Shown: positions 42,540-55,345 of the stretch, piece after piece
Numbering within the stretch: the first letter of the stretch is position 1
How the letters are laid out: each line of letters starts with the position of its first letter
DNA from: Octopus vulgaris
Taxonomy: Eukaryota
DNA: 64,000 nt
Direction: 5' to 3'
Assembly: GCA_951406725.2 (NCBI GenBank)
Contig: OX597825.1
Span: 37,200,001-37,264,000, forward strand
The notes under the pieces: model-generated
What the model was told of the DNA's origin: nothing
Databases searched by the model: none
What the model saw: only the letters and a program-made list of their open reading frames with translations
Position numbers and translations under genes: made by a program

Positions 42540-42820
42540 GTTTGATGTTTTGACTTGTATTTGTACAAATTAACTCCAAGTCTCAACTAGAGACCTCAAG
42601 AGACAACAAGTTAGAAGTTCATGTTGGTGTTATGCCTAGGGTGTCATATATTTCGTTTTGTTCATAGTATTGCTCTAGAGAATGCTTAAAGAAACTAATG
42701 AGTTTGTTTTAAAATTTGAGATTACATAGACAATATTTTACGTAGAATATGGGCAGTTTCTCATGAGCACTGTCTTCTGAATTTCTGCTATTTTGGGATT
42801 TCCTGGTATCTGAGCTATGT
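42537..42820 (-). mobile_element. R4/Dong family-2 short 3' fragment
   Basis: Homologous to the 3'UTR and C-terminus at 43005-43260; bounded by (ATT)n and (ATC)n. Confidence 0.85.
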
Positions 42821-42881
<61 letters not shown>

Positions 42882-42921
42882 CCATCATCATCACCACCAC
42901 CGCCATCACCACCACCATCAC

Positions 42922-42976
<55 letters not shown>

Positions 42977-43004
42977 TTCATCATCATCATCATCATTCTT
43001 CTTC

Positions 43005-43894
43005 TTCAAGTCTCACCCAGAGACCTTAAGAGACAACAAGTTGGAAGTTCATGTTGTTGTTATGCCTAGTGCGCCATATATTTGGTTTTTTATTTAGTGT
43101 TTTACTAGTGAATGTCTAAAAAAAACTATACGAAAATTATGTTTGTTTTAAAACTTGAGATTACATAGAAAGTATTTTGCGTAGGATATGAGCAGTTCCC
43201 ATGAGCACTATCTTTTCAATTTCTGCCATTTTGGGGTTTCCTGGTATCTGAGTTAGGTAGCAATCAGCCCCTTTTGCTATCATTCCCAGGGCACCTATGA
43301 CAACATGTATTGTTTTAGTCTTCAGGATCCACATTTTGCTGATTTCTATTTCAAGATCTTTATATTTGCTCAGTTTTTGGTAGGTCTTGACAGATACGTT
43401 TATATCGATTGGGACAGTCATATCAATGAGGAGGCATGTTCTTCGTCTGGAGTCTTTCAATATGATGTCTGGCCTACTTGCATCTATCTTTTGCAAATTA
43501 CCCAGTAAATATATTGTGCAGCTCTATCATGCCTGTTGAGATACTCTGTAGGCGCTCAAGACTGCACTTGCAGACAACATGATCAATGATTTCATTTTGG
43601 TGTTGACATACACGACATGTTGGGCTACTGCCGTTCTTTAATATGTTGGCCTGGCAGTTCCTTGTTGGTAGGCATTGACCTTGAGCTGCTATGATAAACC
43701 CTTCTGCTTCAGATTTTATGCCAGAGTCCATTAGCCATTATTGGGTCAGGGCTTTGTCAACATCTGCATTATTCGCTCTCTTTGGGTATTTGCCATAGAG
43801 AGGTTTTTCTTGCCATTTATCATTCAGAATATCTAAGGCAGCAGTTTTAGCACGGGTTTTCATGTGCTCAGCTTTTTCTGTGCATGTTTCTTGT

Positions 43895-43895
<1 letters not shown>
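43005..43895 (-). mobile_element. R4/Dong family-2 3' fragment (zinc knuckle plus RLE)
   Basis: WQEKPLYGKYP, SGIKSEAEGFIIAAQGQCLPTRN..CRVC..IDHVV.C, RPDIILKD..IDMTVP..KYKDLEIEI..LMGTAHILRK. Confidence 0.92.
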
Positions 43896-43947
<52 letters not shown>

Positions 43948-45150
43948 TATATGTTTGGCTTTTGCTTTGTATTTGTGCAAGTTGACTCCAAGTCTCACCC
44001 AGACACCTGAAAAAATAAGCTTGAAGTTCACGTTGGTGTTATGACTAGGGTGTTATATATGTTGTTTTGCACAGACTATTGTTCTTGAGAATGTCTATAA
44101 AAACGTAAGTAAATTAGAAGTTTGTTTTGAAAATAATTTGATTACAAGATGACTGTCTGGTGTTATGATGACAAGAAAATGTATTTGCTTTTATGTACAT
44201 TTAAAAATAATTTGGCGCTGTTTACGGATTAAAATATTTTTGTGATTACTTAGACAATATCTTTCGTAGGATATATGGGCAGTTCACACCAGCACTATTT
44301 TTTGAATTTCTGCCATTTTTGGATTTCCTGGTATTAGAGCTAAGTAGCAATCAGCCCTTTTTGCTGTCACTCATAGGGCACCTATGACAAGCATGGTTTT
44401 AGTCTTGAGGATCCATATTTTGCCAGTTTCTATTTCAAGATCTTTAAACTTGCTCAGTTTTTGTAGGTCTTGACAAATTCCTTTATGTAGATTAGAACAG
44501 TCATATCGATGAAGAGACATGGCTTTTGTCAGTTTGAACGGTGAAGTTCCAAAGGTGTAAGATGTGGTTATTTTCAAGCACTAGCGGTGGTCTTTGTTCC
44601 CGCCAGTTTTTATCATAGGGCAGGTCCAAGTCTTTGCAAATTACCCATTGAATATATTGTGCTGTTCCATCATGCTCGTTGAGATACTCTGTAGGAGCAA
44701 GAAGACTGCACATAGAGACAATATAATCGATGGTTTCATTTGTTGTTTACATACATGAAATATTTGGCGTCTACCGTTCTTTAAGATGCTGGCCTGGTAG
44801 ATTCTTGTAGGTAGGCATTGATCTTGGGCTGGTAGGATAAACCCTTATATCTCTGATTTTAATCCAGAAGGAACTAACTATTGATGGGTAAGTGCTTTGT
44901 CAACATCTGCATTATTAGCTCTCTTTGTGCATTTGCCATTGACAAGTTTTTCTTGCCATTTATCACTAAGAATATCTAAGGCAGCAGTTTTAGCACGGAT
45001 TTTCATACGCTTAGCTTTTTCTGTACTTGTATCCAATACGTTTAATTCTGGGATTTGGATTTGGAATTCACTTAGATATTCCTTTGCCTGTTTTGTTACT
45101 GAATAAGATACTTCTTTGCTTGTTTTGTTACTATGTTTGTTTTGTTAATA
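43948..45150 (-). mobile_element. R4/Dong family-2 3' fragment
   Basis: CSLLAPTEYLNEHD..IQWVICK..W..LWNFTVQTDK and KFKDLEIETGKIW; homologous to 43005-43895. Confidence 0.88.
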
Positions 45151-45160
45151 TTATTCTTTT

Positions 45161-45653
45161 GTGTGGGAGAGCAATGCATGTCATCAAAGTAACACTGAGG
45201 TAAAATATACGAAAACCAGTATACCCATCATGACTACCCGTCTGATAAGGGTACACTAAGCACATACATCACAGCCGTATGTGCGGCATGGTGGTCTCGT
45301 ATCAAAATAAACAGCACATGAACTTGCAGGTGGGATCCGTTTAGAATTTTCTTCAGGTCGAGTTGTCCATCTCGCTCAAAATGTCCCTGAATAAGGATTG
45401 TTAAGGATGATGAACAAAACACCCATGATTCCAGTGGTGAATTATCCAAAGCCCAGACAATTCCTCTCAACACATGACTATGATGCTCCCCCACTACCTC
45501 TGCTTGTGATGAGAGATGCACGTATCGTCCGACACAAAGGGACATGCTCAACTAGTTAAGGTCAAGCAACTGACAAGCAAATCTGTGGTATTGAGCAGAA
45601 TATTGACTATATCCCATCTTTTATACCAAGACAAAAGAATGTGCATGATAACA
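45161..45653. mobile_element. Family E element, second copy
   Basis: Homolog of 35656-36129; the right end abuts (ATT)n. Confidence 0.8.
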
Positions 45654-45682
45654 CATTATTATTATTATTATTATTATTGTTG

Positions 45683-45743
<61 letters not shown>

Positions 45744-45758
45744 GATTATTATGATTAA

Positions 45759-46210
45759 GGCGGCGAGCTTGCAAAATCGTTAGCACTCCGGGCGAAATGC
45801 TTAGCGGTATTTCGTCTGCCGTCACGTTCTGAGTTCAAATTCCGCCGAGGTCGACTTTGCCTTTAATCCTTTCGGGGTCGATTAAATAAGTATCAGTTAT
45901 GCACTGAGGTCAATATAATCGACTTAATCCGTTTGTCTGTCCTTGTTTGTCCTCTCTGTGTTTAGCCCCTTGTGGGTAGTAAAGAAATAGGTATTTCGTC
46001 TGCCGCTACGTTCTGAGTTGAAATTCCGCCGAGGTCGACTTTGCCTGTATAAAGGCGGCGAGCTGGAAGAATAGTTACCGCGCCAGGCAAAATGCTTAGC
46101 GGTATTTCGTCTGCCGTCACGTTCTGAGTTCAAATTCCGCCGAGGTTGACTTACCTTTCATCCATACAGGGAGCGATAAACTAAGTACGAGTGAAACACT
46201 TGGGTCGATG
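45759..46210 (+). mobile_element. SINE family A array (full copy, internal partial duplication, second copy)
   Basis: GGTATTTCGTCTGCCG..GTTCTGAGTT.AAATTCCGCCGAGGT occurs three times (~45807, ~45990, ~46101). Confidence 0.88.
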
Positions 46211-46249
46211 TTGTTGTTGTTGTTGTTGCTGTTGCTGTTGTTATTATTA

Positions 46250-46675
46250 TATTCCTGAATTTTGCTTTGTGTTTAAACAAAGTATCACCCAGAGACCTCA
46301 AAAGACAACAAGGTAGAAGTTCAAGTTGGTGTTATTTCTAAGGTGCCATAGAATTGGTCTTGCACAAAACATTGTTCAAGAGAACGTTTAAAAATACAAA
46401 AAAAATTTGGGATTTCCTGGTATCTGAGCTACGTAGCAATCAGCCCATTTTGATATCATTCGTAGGGCAGCTATGACAACAGGTATTGCTTTAATATTGA
46501 GGTTCTACCATTTTATCGATTTCTATTTCCAGTTCTTTATACTTGCACAGTTTTTGGTAGGGCTCGACCGATACATTTATGTCAATTGGGACAGCCATAT
46601 CGATGAGAAGGTATGATTTTTGTCTGAAATCCGTCAATATAATGTCTGGCCTATTCGCATCTATCTTTTTGTCAG
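46250..46675 (-). mobile_element. R4/Dong family-2 3' fragment, duplicate of 41516-42010
   Basis: Near-identical sequence and the same 5' truncation point (..ATCTTTTTGTCAG|TATTATT). Confidence 0.88.
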
Positions 46676-46770
46676 TATTATTATTATCATTATTATTATT
46701 ATTATTATTATTACCTCGGCCTTATCTCATCTCCTCCCCCAAAATGGCTACCCGTGTGGCAAAATTTGAA

Positions 46771-46830
<60 letters not shown>

Positions 46831-46840
46831 GTTATTATTA

Positions 46841-47060
46841 GGGCAGCGAGCTGGCAGAATCGTTAGCAATCCGGGCAAAATGCTTAGCGGTATTTCGTTC
46901 GACCTTATGCTCTGACTTCAAATTCCGCCGGCGTCGACTTTGCCTTTCACCTTTTCTTTCGGGGTCGATAAAATAGGTACCACCTGATCACTGGGATCGA
47001 TGTAATCGACTTAGCCCCCTACCCCGAAACTGCTGGTCTTGTGCCGAAATTTGTAATCAT
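46841..47060 (+). mobile_element. SINE family A
   Basis: GGGCAGCGAGCTGGCAGAATCGTTAGC...TTCGGGGTCGATAAAATAGGTAC...CTTGTGCCGAAATTTG. Confidence 0.88.
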
Positions 47061-47250
47061 TATTATTATGGTTAATGTTGAGGTTATTATCTGGAAACGA
47101 ATCTGACAACAAAAATGTGCGGTGGTCAATGAGGGTGGGGAGGAGTTGTGGTGGTGGAGCTAGGGAGAGGCCTTCCGAAAATTCACAAGATCCGTTGTTT
47201 TTCCCTCATTACTTTCAGGAAAAAAAAATGTATTTAAATTTTATATAAAT

Positions 47251-47652
47251 AGGCGTAGGAGTGGCTGTGTGATAATTAGCTTGCTTACGAACCACATGGT
47301 TCTGGGTTCAGTCCCACTGTGTGGCACCTTGGGCAAATGTCTTTTACTATAGCCTCAGGCTGACCAAAGCCTTGTGAGTGGATTTGGTAGACGGAAACTG
47401 AAAGAAGCCCGTCGTATATATGTGTGTGTATATATGTTTGTGTGTGTCTGTTTTTGCCCCCCCCTCCCACCAACATCGCTTGACAACCGATGCTGGTGTG
47501 TTTACGTCCCCGTAACTTAGCAGTTCAGCAAAAGAAAGTGATATAATAAGTACTAGGCTTACAAAGAATAAGTCCTGGGGTCGATTTGTTCGACTAAAGG
47601 CGGTGCTCCAGCATGGCCACAGTCAAATAACGGAAACAAGTAAAAGAGTAAA
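47251..47652 (+). mobile_element. SINE family B, full length
   Basis: Box A/B head, ACCTTGGGCAAATGT core and 3' AAACAAGTAAAAGAGTAAA; homolog of 14934-15348. Confidence 0.9.
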
Positions 47653-47799
47653 TATATTTCAAACAGTATAGATTACGATTATAAAGAAATTTGTGGGGTA
47701 AATCGTTTCAGAAGGGGTCGAGGAGAGGACTTCGGCAAATTCACAAGATCCGATGTTGTCCCCTCGTAACGTTGAAGAAAATGGATATCATTCTACTTT

Positions 47800-49700
47800 T
47801 TTCTGCTTTTTTTTTTTGGCGCATTGGGCTCTGTTTTAATAATTAACCTAACTCGTCTATAGTATTCCACTCTAATCTTCTCTTTCATTAGTGCGTATTG
47901 TACCTTATCTTGTTCATTGATTCCTAAATATTTGTATGGGTTTGGACTAATTATCTAATTTAATTTTCTTTATCTAGTGTGATATTTTTACTCTTAACTA
48001 GTTTTCCTCTTTTCAAAGTTTCTTTCGTATTTATTTCTAAGCCGAATTTTATAATTATTTCTTTAGTAAATCCATGTATTGTCTGTAGAAATGTATGCAG
48101 CTGTTTATTATTTACAAGTTTTAGATAATTCATACCCAAGAGATGATTGATTGTTTTACCATAACAGTTGTATCAACATCCATGTCTGCTTAGTATGTCA
48201 GTTAAAGACGTCAGTTCCAGAAAGAAAAGAAGTGGAGAGAAGGAGTGTCACTGGAATATTCCATATCTAATAGGGATGGCTTTAGTTTTTATGATTCCCA
48301 CTTCTGCTTGAAGCTGCAGAACTGCATACCATTTACTCATTGCATGTGTTATATATTTTATTGTTGTAGGCGCTATCTTGTTCATCACTATATGTATGTG
48401 GTACTATGTGATCCATATGTATGTGGTACTATGAAAAGCCTTCTGGTAATCGGTCCAAGTCATGCTTAGACCTTTCTTTTTCTTTTGACAGTCTTCAGTT
48501 ATGGCTCTGTTAATCAATGATTGATTTTTAGAGATATATGAGCCTTAGCAGTATCCCTTCTGCTCTTCTGGAAACAGGTTGTTTTCTTCTGGACGGTTGT
48601 CCATTCTCTGCTATCATTGCAGTTAAGGCTTTCTAAGTTGTAAGGAGACATTATGGGTCTGTAATTTTGTAAATTTGCTGTTTCAGTGGATTTGGGAATT
48701 CTGATGGTTTCCCCTTCTCTGAGCCAATCAGGTGCTGTCTCTGGCTTCTTCGAACTTCTTTGCCAGCGCCTTATATATCCCTGTTAAATATTCTAGCCAA
48801 AGTTTGGGTGTCTTGTGGCCTAGCGTCTTTCAGTTGCTTAGCTTTTGCAGTGCCTGAGTTACTTCTTCCGTTGTTATAGACATCTAGATTTGTTCAGGTG
48901 CTGTGTTTGTTGTTTTATTCTAGGGTAGTTCTTTCATCGCCAATACTTCTTTCCAAAATTCTTCCTATTTATCTGTAGTCCTGCAATGATCTCTATTTTA
49001 TTTTTTCAAGTTCTTGATAGAATCGTTTTGTTTTGGAGTTAAACTGCTTGTTTTGTTCAAAAAATCTTTGGAGTTTCTCATACCGACGGATTATTTGTAC
49101 TATGGTGAGAATATTATTTTGCTTTAGCAGTTCTTCTATCTCAGGTGTATCATGCTTTGTTATTTTGTACTTTTGTAGTATTTTTCTTTCTTGTTGTTTC
49201 GTAGTATAGTGAGTTACAAATTTCATTAAGGTTGACAGATCCTTTTATTTTCTGTATTTTCTTCTGGATATTAATTTTCCATACCGTTTCTCTAGGTTGT
49301 GATACTCCTACTTGGATAGATTTGAGGTAGTATCCACTGTCCTTTGTGGCAACGTACAATATTTCATTTAGTCTGGTCATATTGACGTTTGCTTCCGTTG
49401 CAATTAGCTCTGTGGCGGCCGAATTTCTTTATAATGTTGTTGCTGTCTTATCAAGTCTAATTTCGGACAGGTTCATACTGATATCTTTTGTAATTTTTAT
49501 TCCTTGATTATACTCATTTTTAACGTATCATAATCATAGTTTCCGAATTCATCGTTTCTAGGCTTTAGGTTTACTCCACATTCCTTCCCGTTTATATTTA
49601 TGCTTGTGTTATTCTGGTTTGGTGCATTTTGATAATCATTATGAATTTCTAGTGTCGGGTTTGTCGTGTTTAATTACTTTGTTTTTGTCGCACGTTATGT
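47800..49700 (-). pseudogene. R4/Dong-type element N-terminal and RT region, decayed
   Basis: Minus strand gives VWKINIQKKI, RRYEK..NKQFNSKTKRFYQEL, WLREGETIRIPK, NYRPI, WLDYQKAF, YGIFQ..SPLLF, INHLLGMNYLKL and YKYLGI. Confidence 0.85.
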
Positions 49701-49999
49701 CTATCAGTATAACATAAGTAGTGGGGTTGTATGTCTTACATACAATCCCAGTACTTATGTTATTATTAGATATTATTTCATGGGCACTTTTGTGTTATCC
49801 TGATGTATTTTTCCTTTTAAGTACTATATCATTTCTGATATCATTTTTGCAGTGACGACTCTGACAGTTCGCCGCCTTAAAGAAGAAATAAATCTCAGAT
49901 TTGAACTTAAAATAGAAAGAGCAAAACCATTATTCCCTAGCAGACTATTAGATGTTCTAATGACTGTGTTAATCAGCCGCCTATACGTAATATATACTG

Positions 50000-50212
50000 A
50001 TTTCAAATTTTAGCACAATGCCAGAAATTTCAGGTGAGCGTGTTAGTCGATTACATCAACGCCAATACTTAAATAGTATTTATTCTATCAACACCGAAAG
50101 GACGAGAGGCAAAGTCGACCTCGGTGGAATTTGAACTCAGAACATGGAGACGGACGAAATGACGCTAAGCATTTTGTCCAGCATATTAACAATTCTGCAC
50201 TCTCGCTGCCTT
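50000..50212 (-). mobile_element. SINE family A
   Basis: Reverse-complement tail TTTCAAATTTTAGCACAA, core GGCAAAGTCGACCTCGG..ATTTGAACTCAGAAC, and head CTCGCTGCC. Confidence 0.85.
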
Positions 50213-50948
50213 CCTGTACGTAATATGTAGTGATCTAATTTTTTACTTGCAATTGGTAAGAAATTAGTTTTTATCTTTATAGCAAAGCATGTTTACAAAA
50301 AATACTAAATTTCGTCTTCGGCTTCAGACTTTCTCCGAAGTCTCTGCATGCATATGGCTTCCACACAACTAAGTTTTACCCCTCAAATATTGGTCACCCT
50401 ACCTGTAGCCTTTTTTTCTTACCTTTTCTGGCATATTGAATCTACGGTTTTTGCCAAGTTTATCTCTTCATAAAAAATGACATGGAATGACGTTAACAGG
50501 CGTCTGTTGACTACTAAGTGGCAACGTGAAAACAAATTCCAGTCGTAGTCGAAGGGAAATGGCAAAAATAAAGACCGGTTTTGGGAAGCAACGTATGTAA
50601 TTTCGTCGACCACAATGCGTTGAGATATTTGTTTTGGGTTATTGTGTCAAAGTCAAATTTGCCTTTCATCTTTCCATTATCAGAGCGTAAAGTAGATGTA
50701 AAGTACTGGGATATTACTGCTCCTTTCTCTTCCACACCCTTTTCATAGAATCGCCTGTGTTATTCTGTAAAACAAGGTCTTTAGTGTTCACTCAGTTTTT
50801 CTGTCTCCAGAAAGGGTGAAAGAATGAACAAACGACCAGGAATATCTGTCACCGATATGCTTTAGATATGCCCCCAAGGACGGCCCAATGAACTATAGGG
50901 CATATGATGATAATAATTTTAATAATAATAATAATAATAATAATAATG

Positions 50949-51016
<68 letters not shown>

Positions 51017-51018
<2 letters not shown>

Positions 51019-52150
51019 ACTAAACGGCTTAGACAGAAACACAAGGAAGCTACTAACAAGATATGGATCACTCCACCCAAAAAGTGACACAGGCAGATTG
51101 TATGTTCCAAGAAAAAGAGGAGGAAGAGGACTTGTTGGATGCGAACACAGCATTAGAGCAGAAGAAAACAGCATAGCATAGTATGTAAAAATGCCACAGA
51201 ACCGTTATTATTAAAAGTAAGAAGGTCAGGCTTGTGTAGGTTGAAAGATTGCAAAGATAAAGCACTATACCAGAAATTGAAAACGAATGCAGCTGAAAAT
51301 AGGTGGGTAAAGAAAAGAATGCATGGTCAATTTCATAGGGATGCTGAAGATAAGACAAAGAAAAAAGATGGCTGTGGATGACTAAAAGTGATTTAAAACC
51401 GGAAACGGTGGCTCTAATCTGTGCTGCCCAAGAGCAAGTACTAAGAATAAACTACATAAAATACAGAATAAACAACACAGCAGAAAGTGGCAAGGGCAGA
51501 ATCTGTGGACAAAACGGTGAAAATATATGGCATATTACCAACCAATGTATGTCACTATTCCAGAAGGAATATAAGAGACGCCACAACAATATAGCAAGCC
51601 TTGTCCATTGGACACTTTGCAACAAGTATGGACTTGACAGGACAAAAAATTGGTACGACCACAAACCTGAAGACATCATCGAAAATAGAAATGCAAAGAT
51701 CCTATGGAATTTTATGATTCAGTGCGACCATGAAATAGAGAATAGGAAGCTGGACATAGTCTTAATTGAGAAAGCGAACAAACTATGCTGGATCATAGAT
51801 ATAGCATGCCCAGCTGACAACAAGGTATGCGATAAGGAAGAAAGAAAAGTCGAGAGACATGACAGTTTAGCTTGAGAAGTTAAGCAGTTGTGGTCGATGA
51901 AAAAGTTAGCAGTAGTACCAATAATTGTCGGAGCCCTGATAATAGTGAGCAAAAATCTCGATAAGTACGTGGAACAAATAGGGGCTGCAGTACGTGGAAC
52001 AAATAGAGCACTTGCAGAAAACAGCACTGCTTGGAACTGCTCGAATACTCCGGAAGGTGCTCGAAAAGTAAGAGGTGTTACCTTAGTTCACTGGAAGTGA
52101 ATAGCTAATACTGTAGTACATCTCCAGCGTTAGAAGCTGTACAAATGCAA
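51017..52150 (+). mobile_element. R4/Dong 3' portion (thumb, zinc knuckle, RLE) in (TAA)n
   Basis: LDRNTRKLLT..HPKSDTGRLYVPRKRGGRGL, LKPETVALICAAQEQ, HITNQC..EYKRRHN, KILWNFMIQCDH..KLDIV..IDIACPAD and VVPIIVGAL; (AAT)n on both flanks. Confidence 0.93.
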
Positions 52151-52155
52151 TAATG

Positions 52156-52210
<55 letters not shown>

Positions 52211-52424
52211 TAATAATAATAAATTAATAATACTTCTTACAGAAGGTAATAGTAAATAAGACATTCAAGTATACACCTCTTGTCATAAATTTTACAGAAG
52301 TCCATCACAGAGTCACAAGAGTTGTCTTTTAGTCGGTATCAGTATCTCTGTTTAGAAACATGTTTATATTGAACAAGTGATCTGTAGAAATTTGTGAAAG
52401 AAACATGCTGTTGCCATTTTATCT

Positions 52425-52650
<226 letters not shown>

Positions 52651-54994
52651 CATTGTGTTTGTTATTCTCAACCACTTAAAACAGCAAAGACATCGAATTA
52701 CTGGAAATCTTACAAACTTTACAGGATCACTTACAAAGTATTCATACAACAGTTGTTTACACATTACCTTCCCCAAGTTGAAGAAATAATCATTAACCAA
52801 ACAGCGCTTTTGCTGCTTTACACACAGTAAGAGTGGGTCAAGTGGGTCAAAGTAAGATGAATTTCTTGTTGTTGATACGATTGCTTGTAATAAGCTTCAA
52901 ACTTTCAACCAATCACTTCACAATCCTTTCCTTATCAACTAGGTCATCTATGGTTACTTAATAACAATATTTACTAAGTATAAAAAGAAAGCATTTTGAA
53001 ACTTCAGAATATTTTATTACTGCGCCATTCTGTTATTTCTTGTCTCCTTTATCTAAAACAAACACTGGTATCTGAGAATATTATTCGAAATTGAAGGCGA
53101 TAAGAACCAGATTTTGACAAGAAAGCAGAATATTTTCCATTGGAGTTTGAAGTTTGTAGTATCTTTTAGAAAATATGTTCCCCTTAAAACATCAGATCTC
53201 CTGAAAACAAAATACGAAAACAGATAGTAGGAAACATCATTTTAAAGTATTATTTATAGACTTCTTTAGGCAGGGCACAAAGTCATAGGGATTTTGAAAC
53301 GATACATTACAGGTATTTTGACTCTGATACTTTTGCCAAAATCATTAGAATAATAAATGGGTTTGGAGATCATGTAAAGATCCCTATTCTCTGAGTAATA
53401 TTTACCCTGTTCTGTTTTGAAAAACAAAAGCTACGTGCGTGGCCGACCGGTGTTGTGGCCGACATAAACCGAGTTGTAATTTACTGTATGGCTCTTACGA
53501 ATAAAAGCAAAGGAAATTATTAGAGATTTTTATTTAGAGATACAAAAATTTAACCGAAATATTTAATAAAGGTATTAAGTAAAATTTGAAATTTATAAAA
53601 CTTAATATAGATTTTTAAAAAATTATAAATCTTAAGTAGCACTATTATGAGTGTTTACTCTTGTACACTACTTCAAAATGTATTAAACTTTGGGAACGGT
53701 CGCTTTGCTTCAGCCTCGCCCTGATCACGCTGATGAAAGACCAACGGTATCCCAACGGAGAACGCCCAACAGAAGTGTATCTATGACCAAATTAGACAAT
53801 GCATATCTTTTTCAAAGCTGGTAGTTTTTTTATTTGACTTATATTTATGATAGCTGTGAACAGTGTAAAAATGGACGTTTTAACTAGAAAATATAACGTG
53901 CTTTAGGAGTAAATTCACTGGAAAACATTCTTTAACAATGTTTCCTGAGATATTAATGATTCTGCTTGAAGGTCTCTCGACGGGAAATATATAAGATGAC
54001 ACTCCTTCGGGCTAGGATGCGAAACTATCCAAATTAGTGGATGATTTTCTCTCCATTCCTGAGCACTTGGCAATCCGATGCAATATGAAATATAATGGTT
54101 CGCTTGCAGTCACAATAAATAGCTTAAGGAAGAAACAAACTTATTGCCATTATTCATGATTTTAGACAAAATATATTGAGAAAATGGAAATTTGTTGTCC
54201 TATATATATATATATATATATATATGCATACATTGCAATTAGCAGTTTGACCAAAATTTCTAAGTGCAATTTGACATGAAAGCTCGTCGGAAAAACCATC
54301 CCTAAGTTTAGGTAGTAAACTCAACCCTTATTCTGTTTATCACTAACACCTGGCCGGGCAGGTCTTTAGTTTGCAAAAAGCTTTCTCCATCTCCTTCCAC
54401 CAGTCTTGAATGCAATATAAATTTTCATGGGAGTTGCCCCTCCAAATCAATATATAATTATCTTCCGACATAACCAAAATGATTTGATGAGACAATTTTT
54501 CGCATCTTTGGAGTTACTTGACTGCATTTGATGTAAAATAATTTCGCTTTACAAATTTTTTCTTCCTTTGATTCTAAGAAAGAGCGCTATCCATGACTTT
54601 CGCGGACTCTTTGGAATAGATGAGAACGATGTTACAAAGTGGTAATATTGCAAAATTGTGAACAGCGAGAGAATTCCAGAAAAACGGGCCATCAGTCTTT
54701 CAAGAAAGGGTTAAGTGCAGCGGTTAGGGGGTGGGTGGAAAACGTGAAATGAACACAATATTGGTGACGTCAAGTGGAAAAGTTTATCCCTCTGGAGTCC
54801 CTGAATACCAGTCAGTTTCGAGAAACGAAAGTCAGAATAATAGTGGCAGAAAAGCAAACATATATGACTCCAGAGAAAGGAATGTATCCGCGAGTTATGA
54901 CTCTTTTGGATGTGACTTAGCATATCCGTAAAATCAACCAAACGTAGGAGAAGTGCTCCACTGGGAACTCACATTAGTTTTGTCATATATCTTA

Positions 54995-55345
54995 TGATCA
55001 AGAGAAATATTCAGGATTGAATTTATTCATGCGTTGGTCAACTTATAAGTTGGTATGTCGATCAGTGAACTGATCGATACATGAATAATCATCGGTTCAT
55101 AAAATGGTCACTGTGTGTTGCTCAATTTATGTATCAATCAGTTAATAAGGGATGAAGAGATCACTTCGTAAATTGGTGTAATTTGAGAATTAACCACATC
55201 AGGTATTGATCGCTTCAGGGATCCATCACATCATGCATCGATCATTTCAAGAATGAGTTAATCAGTGAGTTGATCAATGCTGGAGTGAATCACTCCGTAT
55301 CATGATCCTTTACATGATAAGTTGATCGCTTTGCGAGTTGAATAA
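54995..55345 (+). repeat. Highly degenerate ~16-bp tandem array (consensus approximately GATCACTTCATGAGTT)
   Basis: Successive 16-mers AACCACATCAGGTATT, GATCGCTTCAGGGATC, CATCACATCATGCATC, GATCATTTCAAGAATG; also GATCAATGCTGGAGTG, AATCACTCCGTATCAT, GATCCTTTACATGATA. Confidence 0.6.

Noticed and set aside
47251-47325. tRNA genes at SINE heads
   Set aside because: Box A/B are present but there is no complete cloverleaf; the sequence continues into SINE bodies repeated in the window.
54200-54960. Unique-looking, possibly coding stretch
   Set aside because: The frames I translated are interrupted by stops and show no recognisable motif.
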